DNA of 64,000 nt from Macrostomum hystrix (lineage: Eukaryota > Animalia > Platyhelminthes): positions 5,394,001-5,458,000 of the forward strand of contig CATNEN010000001.1 in NCBI GenBank assembly GCA_950097015.1, read 5' to 3'. Under the pieces are notes generated by a model. That model was given only the letters and a program-made list of their open reading frames with translations, made no database searches and was not told the DNA's origin. Shown here piece after piece: positions 34,809 to 46,086 of the stretch. A program made the translations under genes and the position numbers. Each line of letters starts with the position of its first letter. Position 1 is the first letter of the stretch.

Positions 34809-36997
34809 TTATTCGGCATCATCAACATCATTGACAACAGACGCCTTTGAAGAAGCCGGCGAAGGTGTTGCTGAGTATTGAACTAAGCCGCAGTTAAATA
34901 TGTCGACATCTTTATTAGCCGATTCATCATTCGATGATTCTTCGAAAATCGGCGACTTCACTGATACTGAAGCAGTCAAACACATCGTCGAAGTTGAACA
35001 TGTTGGCGTCGCTGAAGCATCAACATTCGAGAACGTCACTGCGACATCAACCTCTGAGGACGTCGCTGAAGCATCAACCTTCGAGGACGTTGCTGCGGCA
35101 TCGACCATCGAGGACGTCGCTGCAACATCAACCTCCGAGGACGTCGCTAAAGCATTAAACTTCGAGGACGTCGCTGCAAAATCAACCTTCGAGGACGTCG
35201 ATGAAGTATCAAACTTCGAGGACATCGGTAAAGCATCAACCTTCGAGAATGTCGCTGAAGTATCAACCTTTGAGGACGTCGACGAAGCATCAACCTTCGA
35301 GTACGTGGCTGAAGCATCAACTTTCGAGGATGTCGCTGAAACATCAACCTTCGAGGACGTCGATGAAGTATCAAACTTCGAGGACATCGGTAAAGCATCA
35401 ACCTTCGAGAATGTCGCTGAAGTATCAACCTTTGAGGACGTCGACGAAGCATCAACCTTCGAGTACGTGGCTGAAGCATCAACTTTCGAGGATGTCGCTG
35501 AAACATCAACCTTCGAGGACGTCGATGAAGTATCAAACTTCGAGGACATCGGTAAAGCATCAACCTTCGAGAATGTCGCTGAAACATCAACCTTCCAGGA
35601 TGTCGCCGACGTTGAAGACATCGATGACATCGCCGAAGATGTCGACGAGCCACGCCCGCCGACAACAATGCCCATTAATCGTCGATTCTGACCGGTTCGT
35701 CGTCGCAGATCGTCCGGCTCCGCAGGTCGGCCCATTTTAAACGGCGAACCATCGTCATTGAGATGTCGATCTACTCCGGTATTTTTTCTCTTAGCCGGCC
35801 TGACAGCATCCAACGGTGCCACGCTATCCATATGCAACAGCTGAGCTCCGATCTCATCAGCTGATGACTCCGGCAGTAGCTCCAGAGATCCGCCAGTCAG
35901 GGAGTGGCGAGCTAAGAAATCTGAGTCGCTAGCTGACTCGGCAGCTAGTCGTTTGCGTTCGTCGCGCAGGCCTGCTCGAATTAGGCGATTCAGCTGGATG
36001 TCGTTGGCGCCTCGAGCGGCCGTGTCGCCGGCCAGAGCGGCTAAACGTGGGGCAACATCGGCGCCGCGCTCCTCGTCCGACTTGCCGTGCTCCAATTTGT
36101 ACATGGCGTCGGTTGCTAAGCGACGCTTAGTCTCTCCGTCCTCGGGAGCAATCTGGCCGTTCTCGGTTGGATCCCAGCGTTGCTCTTTGCGGCGGGCGCC
36201 GGAAATGATGACGTAATCAAAATTTCCTGGGTCTGTACGGATCAGATACCTGCGAGAAGCGAAAGATATGATCCGAATCTAGACAATATTTTAATTAACA
36301 AACAGGCCAACTGACCCCTCTACATAAGATCAACTGATAATCTCTACGCGAGGTCAACTGACCCCTCTACGCGAGGTCAACTGACCCCTCTACGCGAGGT
36401 CAACTGACCCCTCTACGCGAGGACAACTGACCCCATAAAACAATATAAACTGATCTATCTAAACGACGTCAACTGACCCATCTACAGGAGGTCAACTGAC
36501 CCCTTTACATGAAGTCAACTAACAAACTTTACTCAACGCAAACTGACCTCTTTAAACTAGGTCAACTGACCCCTCTAAACGCGAGATAAACTGATCTATC
36601 TACACCACGTCAACTGACCACTCTACAGGAGGTCAACTGACCCCCTACTCGAGATGATACAAACACTAATAAACAAAATGAATCGAATCGATAAAATCTA
36701 AACAAACCTCTGATCGCACAGATGGCACTTCATATTAAACTCGTAGATTGGCGTACTAAAGTACATTCCGACTTTCTTCTTCTCGGCATTGTAACGAACT
36801 CCCATAGCAACGTGCCGACCGCAGCCGCCGCACCAGATATTGTACGGCATCTCAAATCTAATAACAATGATACCTTGGCCAATTTTCTTAGCTCGCTCTC
36901 GCAGCGCGTGCGTGCCATGATAGGCGTCAAGGCTGCGATGCAATCTAGGATCAAAATCTGGCGGATAGTACTTGTTTGTGCCTTTGCGTTCTCCCAT
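34809..36997 (-). CDS. YJU2B: CWC16-family splicing factor CCDC130/YJU2B with a repetitive C-terminal extension
   Basis: Exons 36997-36708 and 36249-34809. Motifs MGERKGTNKYYPPDFDP, IRFEMPYNIWCGGC, MGVRYNAEKKKVG, IRTDPGNFDY, DAMYKLEH. Confidence 0.92.
36305..36650. repeat. 23-bp minisatellite (AGGTCAACTGACCCCTCTACGCG)
   Basis: Fills the CCDC130 intron. Confidence 0.9.
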
Positions 36998-37547
36998 TTT
37001 TAAATTAGAGAAAGAACTTCTGATTAGGTTGAAATCAAGTCTGAAAAAAATGTTTAAAATGCTCATTTTGTTAAATATATTGCTATTATGTATACATTAA
37101 TAGTTGGTCCTAACCTTAGCTTAAGGATTAAAGATTATAGGGGGGAGTGGGTGGCAGAGCGATCAAACGCAGCCTTTCTATTTTTAATTGGTTATAAACT
37201 ATAACTTCTAGCTTCTAAACATAAATTCGTGAAACAGTAAAGACGAAGCCATTGTACCATTGATTTAAATTTTATATAGTCATTACACAAAACACAAGAC
37301 AGCTTTAGCACTTTATGTTTAAACGCTTTCATGGTGTTAAAAAAGCACTGAAACCACACACACAGAAAGATGGGCAACATGCTTTAGAAAATGCTTTTAT
37401 ACGACAATAGACGTAGCTTTATGACGCTAGTTACAGATATTTAAGTGCCTAATTAGCTTGAAGATTATGGAAAAGTTGGTTTATAGAAGAACTGATCAGA
37501 GCCAGGTGAAGAGGGACAATAAGGCAGTTACAGAGCACAACCAAATA

Positions 37548-37830
37548 GATCAGGATCAGGTGGACAGGATCAGGTGGACAGGATCAGGTGGACAGGATCA
37601 GGTGGACAGGATCAGGTGGACAGGATCAGATGGACAGGATCATGTGGACAGGATCAGGCGGACAGGATCAGATGGACAGGATCATGTGGACAGGATCAGG
37701 TGGACAGGATCAGGTGGACAGACAGGATAAGGTAGACATGATCCAATGGACAGGACAAGGTGGACATGATAAGGTTGACATGATCAGATAGACAGGATCA
37801 GGTGGACACGATCGTAAAGACAGGATCAGG
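37548..37830. repeat. 14-bp minisatellite (CAGGATCAGGTGGA)
   Basis: Tandem array downstream of NOC4L. Confidence 0.92.
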
Positions 37831-37910
37831 TTCTAAGGACCAGTTAAACAAGATCAGTTAATTGGACTATGAATACTATTATTGAGTTCGGTGACCCGAT
37901 ACGAAGAAGA

Positions 37911-40061
37911 TCATTGCCAGCCATCTAGCTTGCTCAGCAAATCGTCGCCATCGATAGCCGGATCAACTTCTTCGTCGCTAGCGTAGCCAACCTCCTTGAG
38001 AGATTCGGCCTGTTTCAGACAATCTGGCAGAATGGAATCGCAGACCTGATCCCAATCGCGTTCAACGACCTAAAGTTGAAATTACTGTTCACTTAAGAGT
38101 AAATGAACCTTAGAAACTTAGGGCTTATTACCAAATAATCTAGGAAATAATGAAGAATGCTGGAGCTCAGATAACTAAATCAAGCGATTCATTAACGAAT
38201 CTACAGATTCATTACCGAATCTAGAGATGCATTACTGAATCTAGAGATTCATTACCGAATCTAAAGATTCATTACCGAATCTAAAGATTCATTACCGAAT
38301 CTAAAGATTTATTACTGAATTTAGATATTCATTACCAAATCTAGAGATTCATTACCAAATCTAGAGATTCATTACCGAATCTAGAGATTCATTACCGAAT
38401 TTGGAGATTCATTACCGAATCTAGAGATTCATTACCGAATCTAGAGATTCATTACCGAATCTAGAGATTCATTACCGAATCTAGAGATTCATTACCGAAT
38501 CTAGAGATTCATTACCGAATCTAGAGAAGCATTACCGAATCTAGAGATTCACTACTGAATCTAGAGATTCATTACCGAATCTAGATATGTAATACTGAAT
38601 CTAGAGATTCACTACCGAATCTATAGATCTAACACTGAATCTAGAGATTCATTACCGAATCTAGAGATGTATTACAGAATCGAGATATGTATTGCCAAAT
38701 CTAGAGATTCATTATCAAATATCAAGATTTATTATCTAATCTAGAAAATTATTACTGAATCCAGAAATTTTTAATCAAACGTAGAGATTCATTAAATAAA
38801 TTACGAACTTATTAACGAATCCCAGAACTCATAATGATTGTATTTTGTAAATTATTTTTTTCCAGTCAAAAGAGAATCGCCGCATATTTTGTTAACCAAG
38901 CAAGATTTTTCAATAGACCAATCAGCTTCTAACCTGTTTATCGCAGAAGTCTTCCACAACAGACAATGCCCTATTAATCTTCTTAGCAAATTGGCCAACA
39001 GACAGTTCCCAGTGACGCTGGAGAGCTCTCAGCTCCCACAGAGCATAGCCTGAGGCGGCAGACTCAGCCTGTGCTAGGCTAAGAGACATACTGAATTCTG
39101 CTGAAGTATTGCTAGATTCTTGAGCCTGGTCATCCTGCCGATGCACCAGATACTGGCAGTTCTTGTGTCTGCGCAGTAAATTAAGGATTAAACCAATTAG
39201 CATTGGCTGGCAATGACAAGGCGCCATTAGGCAAAGAGTGCTCAATCGTTTAGCAAAAGCTGCCACCCTAGCCGTAGGCAGATTAGTAGCGCTTAGCATC
39301 AAATCCAATTGGCGATAGAATCTACCCCGATGCGGAGATAGCAAGCCGCGCAAGGACACTAATTCGTACAGTCTGTCAAACAGTGGACCATAATCTAGAG
39401 AGTAATTAAACACCAGATGAAATACGCAGGGTGTAGCAGCCAGTGCGACATCTAAGTTGGCATCTTCAAATGATGTCATAACAAAATCGGCTAGCTGCAT
39501 AGCGTTAGTCAATTGGCCAAGAATTTTATCGTTCAGCAGAACCAATAGCTTGCATTGATGACGAGTCTTGTTAGCGCCAGTCGATGGCAGTGGACAATCT
39601 AGATAACGGCGCCATAGCTTTCCATAGGTCTTTCTTAGCTGACTAATAGCCATTAGTTTCTTCTGCATTTGGCTATAAAATTCTGATTTCTTAGACCAGA
39701 ATTTGTGCGCCCGTGAGTCAGTCTCTGGTTCAGTCTTTTGCAGAAGCAGACGATCTTGTCTAGTTAAACGTTTAGGAAAATTGAACGCAGACAAAATGCG
39801 TTCAACGTTAGAATGATAGCTAGCATAGCTATGATCGGAACTTTTATTGGGTAATTGACGCAGCTCAGAATCAATACACTGCATGGAAACTAGAGCCACA
39901 TCTGAAAAGACTAGATGAGATTGCAAATCGGCTAGCAAAGCAATCTGCAGCTTCTCATCCTTACAGACCACTAGGCGAGATATAGCTTCTTCAAAGTCTA
40001 CTCGCCTCAGAACAGTCTGTTTTAGCTGTTGCCAGTCTAGCAGAGTATTTTGTTCTGTCAT
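37911..40061 (-). CDS. NOC4L: Nucleolar complex protein 4 homolog (CBF/Mak21 domain)
   Basis: Exons 40061-38934 and 38069-37911. Motifs LADFVMTSF, LDLMLSATNLPTARVAAFAKRLS, NLLRRHKNC, LWELRALQRHW. Confidence 0.85.
38185..38830. repeat. 20-bp minisatellite (CTAGAGATTCATTACCGAAT)
   Basis: Fills the NOC4L intron. Confidence 0.95.
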
Positions 40062-43000
40062 TGAAGTTGTCTGAAATCGACATATTTTCATCAAATTGAT
40101 AGTTAGGTGTCAAGACAGTGGAGCAATAATAGAAATGCCTTTGATTCTCAGACAACTTTAAAAGCACAATCTCAAAATTTACAATATATCAAGAGAGAAC
40201 ATTGAAAGGATATAGCAACTGGTCTGAATTAATTAATTATGATAGAGTTATTCAAATAGTTCCAAATATCAAAACAAGGCTAGCTATTAAAACCATTAGA
40301 ATAAATGAAAATATCTTCTGATCTCCAGAAATTTATCCTTACTTGAAGACTTTTTGTAGACTTGACCTTTTAGTAACAGAATACAATAAATATATGGCAG
40401 TAATTAAAGTTGCTGTCAGGTCGTTTCTATGACTATGCTTTTTTTTTATGTTCCAAGTGGGGTTTTTACTGCCTGATAATTAATTTATGGAACCTAATTT
40501 ACAGATAGACAAAGAAGAAACAATAAACAATTAGGACTTTATCTACCTAATTGTGGAGTGAGGAATGTAGTTCTAGCTAAAATACCTATCACTAAAATCA
40601 CTAAAATACAAGGTTTAAAGTTTGTGTAGTTATTGAATTAAAAATATCTAGATTAGATTTTTTAATTCCTTAGAAAATTATAGGAATCTTAGATCAGATT
40701 AGGATTTCCTTCTAAAATGTCTTCTAAATGCTTTGCATGCACTTTGATAAAAGGTGTAACTTGAAATCAATAGTAATTATGCACTGCCCAAGTAAGCTGT
40801 ATTATGATGTTTTGATTTTTAAATGTATTGATTTATACTAGTACTTGAAAATTGAAAAAAGAATCATAGACATAGGAAGTCCTGACTTTTTTCTTGCTTA
40901 GTGTTTCACTTTACATGATAGTATAGTTAAAATTTCAATCTATTTAGAGGTTTTCTGATGTTTAAAATAATATCACAATTTTAGTTAAACTTTTAAAGAA
41001 TGTTATAATAGTATTTCCTGAATAAGAATTATTTTTTACCAACTATGCCTTTATTCTTTTTTTATTGATAATTGGGTAAGGAAAGGCAGTATTAAATCAT
41101 TTAATCAAATTAATCAAACAAGCACAGAGATGATTTTGCATTCCTTAAATGTTAAAGCTTAAGCTTGGATAAGTTTAAGCTAAGGTGAAGAAGGATTTTT
41201 AAAGAAGCTAGGGTCAGGGTTAGGGTTTGCAAAAGGCTAGGCCTATACGACTTTCTTTCAGATCAAAGACTTATATTTCATTAACAAAGATATGATAATT
41301 GACAAAAGTGCTCAAAAAATCCTAAATCCTTGCAAGTCCCTTGTTTTTGAATTGGAGGAGGAAACAGAGAACTTTATAGATTTTTGGTATATATAGATAA
41401 GAATTGAATCTCAATTGTCACATTTTATTATTTAGACCATCTTTCTCTATGTATAGGCCTTATATACCCATCTGCTAGCCTGGTACCTAATGGACACCAG
41501 GTGCACAAACTTCTTGCCCACTGCCAGTGAAGATCCTACTGCAGGCAAGATCACTAGATCCCCCTGAGTGGCACTGCCTTGTTTGCAAGCCATTGGTCAC
41601 CAGAGGTTAGCAAAACAGGTGGTAAGTCTGCTTCCTCTGCTTCTTTACTATATCTGCTGGTCAGATACACCTTGCAGCAAAGTCAAGTAAGTCAAAGGCC
41701 CTATATATAGCCACTAAATCTTAAAGTTGAACATTAGTTGAAATTTAGTTCAACTTTCAATTTGGTCTTTTTGTCTGCCACAATCTCATCTGCTGTTAAA
41801 TTGACTTTGGGATGGATGGTGACCCCATTCCTAGTTTTTTACATCAAGGGTCAAGCATTACTTTTATTCTTTGTTTTACAAATTTAACAAAATTACATTA
41901 TCTTAACTGTTGAATTTTTTAAAGCGAAAGAAACCTAACTAAATACAGCTGCAGCTTGCAGGTTCTGACTTAAAAAGGTCAAGATCACCAAAAAAGTATG
42001 AAAATCCACATGTCTAACTTCTTCTCTAAGATGAGATTCAATTCAAGTAAATATTTCACAATTTTGTTAGGGCCTAGCTTGAACTGAACTGAATGCTGAC
42101 TAAATAGAATTTATGCATTAAAATTTTTGAAAGCTATTTAAAATAACGATGCCTCTTAAGTTCTAAGTTACTCAATGTGAAACAAATTTATTGAAGGCTA
42201 ATAACAAGGGTAGTCTGTTAATAACAAACAATTACTTAATTTGGGCTATTTGGCTTAATTTTTAAAACAACAAACACCATGAGAATGCTAGAATAAATTA
42301 TGCTAAAGTAAACTACGCACAAACTCTAGATCGACTTCTGCCCTGCAGTAACCATTGTGCTGTACGTATTCCCCACATCAGTAAAATCACCACTGCACCA
42401 GCTTGCACTGACCGTACGTTAAAATATTTTTTGAATTTGTGTTCACAATGTATCCGTTTGGTTTGCAAGAAACTTCGTTTTTATAACAAAATTTAACCAC
42501 ATTATATTTAGATTATTGGTTACGAGTGCAAAACTTAAAGAATAAGACACTAAAAAATTACAATTAAAGATTTCTGACATGCGCGAACCAAAACACGTGA
42601 CGATTTAAAGTTTTTAGGTTTTGTTATTTCGAGGCCAAAGAGTTTTAAAGTTTACTAAAAAGCGTAAAACCACCTATAATGTGTCCAAACTCGAATCAAA
42701 AGGTTGTAAATAAACATTTTTTCTGTTTCGCAGTGTCGCTACCTGTAAGCTCTCTGGCTGAAATTATAAGAGGCAATACCGGACCTTTGCCGCTTGTGCC
42801 TTTGCTAGCTATCGATAACAGAGCTAGTTTGACAAGATTATGCTATCAGACTATATCTTAGATACCACACCTAAACCTAAAGGGGGTGCCTTCTGGCCTC
42901 TGAGAACTTTTCGCTCTCGTCGAACCATTCCCGTGCTTGCTGGGAACAGAGAACAGATGAGCAGATTGAAAAAGTGATAAAGATCGGTGGAAAACAACCT

Positions 43001-43712
43001 GCTGCAGTCCAATTATTTTTTTCGGGCAGTTGTTGAAGTATGTATAGATTGAATACGTTAAAATGAAATATAAACCGACGTTATCGAACAACGAAAGAAA
43101 GAAATTTATTTTATTGACTACGTTAAAGTTATTGTGAATATAGTCTTTGCAAGCATTTGCACTTTTAGCGAACGACGCACGTTGAATTAGTATATTTTGC
43201 TGAGTGACTCTTATAATAATACTCTTACAATACGAGCTAAAACCACTAACATAAAGACTGTATAAACCTATAATTAGCATATTTTTACTCCATTTTTGCT
43301 GAATTCACTGGTTTCTATAATGAAGTTTTCGTAAAGAAGAAAACATAAAACGAATAATATTCACTAACGCCTTAATTAACACTTTATAGTAGACAGATTT
43401 AGCAAATGAAAAAGTGAATAGGAGTTTTGAATTCCAAAAGATCGTTAACAAAAACAGAGTGCTATGCAAAGTTTTCCACGCAGCACATAACAGCTTTGAA
43501 GTTACTTTCAGTAATAGCTAGGTTTCGATTGCTTATTTTTCTCTTGCCTTAGCTCAGCAGAAGTTAAGTTCTCTGCATAGAATAAGTGGCAGGAGGTACT
43601 CTGCATAAGGTCCATATAGTATTACAGACGATGGTAATGGTACTATGGTTCTATGATGCATAAAAAACTCGATCAAGTCCTGTCGCATCAAGAAGAGGTT
43701 CCCATTTAGGAC

Positions 43713-45431
43713 TTAGTTGCGCTGGCTCTCCCGTCCGGCCCAGAGCTGGCCCTTGATCATTTCATCGCAATCGATACCAATCATCGCTTCGCCGAGATCC
43801 TCGCTGACGCGAGCCAGAAACTCCGGATCTTTGTAGTGCGTCACCGCCTGGACCATGGCCTCGGCGCGCTTCTTGGGATTGGCACTCTTGAAGATGCCCG
43901 AGCCGACAAACACGCCATCCACTCCTAGCTGCATCAGCATGGAGACATCGGCCGGTGTGGCCAGACCTCCGGCTGCGAAATTCACCACAGGCAGTCGGCC
44001 GAGACGCTTCACCTCTTTGAGCAGACCGTGAGGCACCTGAAATCAAAGGAGCGTTCTGTTTTACAACATAACATTCTGAAACAAGCAAGGCAATTCTGCA
44101 TGGAGATGAATAGAAAAGGGGCTATCGCATTTGCCTCTATGATCCTTGTGCTCGAATCGATTATGCCAATGAGAGCAACTCCCCACCTATAAAGAAGCAC
44201 AGCCAGGGGGAGGCAAGGGTGTCGCGGCCCCTCCAAATCGGCTGACGAACATGTGGCGCACACTGGTAGTGGCACCTCAAAGAGGCGCGCCAGCCCCCTA
44301 GAAAAAATCCTGGCTACGCTACTGCACCAGTGACGCCGGCCTGTGTGCGTACTTGTTGAGGAGTAAGCGTGATGAGTATCTGCAGAATCGCCTCCCACTG
44401 ACTGCGGGCCTACTGTCACTAAATGATGTCAACCCAGTTTTTAATGAACCAAACATCGCAATGCTCACCTGCAGCTGCTTAGCATAGGAATACAGCTCGT
44501 CATCGTCCATCACTTTGGCCGCTCGCATCTCTCTATTGAGCGCCCTCGCGTGCCGCACCGCCTCGATGACATTGCCGGTGCCGGCCTCGCCCTTCGTGCG
44601 CATCATCGCGGCGCCCTCCGCAATGCGACGAAGCGCTTCGCCCAGATTGCGACAGCCGCAGACGAACGGAATGCGAAAACTGTGCTTGTCGATATGGTTC
44701 TCCGGGTCGGCCGGGGTCAGAACTGTACGTTGCGTTTAAATAAGTAAATTAGTGTTCATTTTCAATAGCCTACTATTACTACGAAGTTTATTTTTTAACT
44801 CACCTTCCGATTCGTCGATCATGTCGACGCCAATCGCCTGAAGAATCTGGGCCTCAGCGAAATGACCGATTCTGGCCTTAGCCATGACCGGAATGGTGAC
44901 GGCGCTCATGATCTCTTTAATGAGCTTCGGATCGGTCATTCGGGCAACGCCGCCCTGTTTGCGAATATCAGCTGGCACACGTTCAAGGGCCATAACGGCA
45001 CAAGCCTGAAATCGTTTTATTAGTGCTGTTTGAGCCTGCACTTTTCCATGTCTGCCAAATGGGAAAAAATTGTGTCCCTGAGCACTTAATTCCCGAGTCA
45101 GCTTTGAATTAGATACCAACACGAGCTGGGGTAAAAACTCGGGTTGGATGTACGTTGCGGTTCGAGCTTTACGAGGGTACACAGCGAACTATTATTATCA
45201 CTACCAAAGGATATAAGCTTCCAGTCTTGTAAATTTTTAATGGACGCTATGTACTTTAAACTTTAAGTTTTCGTAAAGCATGCAAGAAAGAATTCAGCAT
45301 ACCCCGGCTTCCTCGGCTATCTTGGCCTGCTCGGCGTTGACAACGTCCATAACGAGACCGCCTTTGGTCATCTTGGCGAGGCCAGTCTTCACTGTGTACG
45401 TGCCCACAACAGAATCGCCATTGGTAGTCAT
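43713..45431 (-). CDS. PDX1: Pyridoxal 5'-phosphate synthase subunit PDX1 (SNZ/PdxS)
   Basis: Exons 45431-45303, 45005-44804, 44722-44469, 44036-43713, phase-consistent. Motifs [98 protein letters not shown]. Confidence 0.97.
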
Positions 45432-46086
45432 TTTTAGTGTGATGATAATATTCAACTATAATCTATACTTCTCTAGAGGGATTATTCTTTCTACCTAGGA
45501 CTCCGCGCGACTTCGAATTAATTAATATAAGCGAAAGAAAGTGACTCTTCAATCACCTGGGGGGCTAACTCTTTAAAGACTCGACGTGCCGAGGACAGCA
45601 GCAGCTCGGGGAGGGGGGGCAGAAGCCTCGAGGTGGGTCGCTTCTAATTGGACTAGCTGGGCATCGAGAACTGAACCAACCTCGATGCCTGTACAAACAA
45701 CTTCTTCGAGCTAGAATGTGGGAAGGAATTGTGCGGTTGAAGCGAGTGTGCGGCTGAAACGCAAATAGAATGGAAGCCGTTCGGGTGTGCAGTTGTAGCC
45801 ACACAATCCTTGCTTCCGTTCTATTTGATGACGTGCACAGCTTGTTTTCTCTGCGCCGTTTGGCTCAAGTACACTTTAAGCTAGAATTAGCTAGCATTGA
45901 GTCTTTACTTGAGAATCTACGTAGAACCAGTCAATAAAAAATACGTGTTGACTTAAAAATCTCTAAAGTTAAACCGTGAGAAATCTGCATTTGATCAATC
46001 CAATTTATAAAATTGTGCAAACACGAACAGGAGAAGACCTAAAAGCATTTTTCTGGTGCCAATCTAGTCGCAGTTTAGAAGCAATC

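Noticed and set aside
34900-35691. Separate antisense gene (263 aa)
   Set aside because: It overlaps the repetitive CCDC130 tail, and its openness is explained by the 27-bp repeat.
41210-41230. Interstitial telomeric repeat (TAGGGTCAGGGTTTAGGG)
   Set aside because: Only about three degenerate units, consistent with chance.
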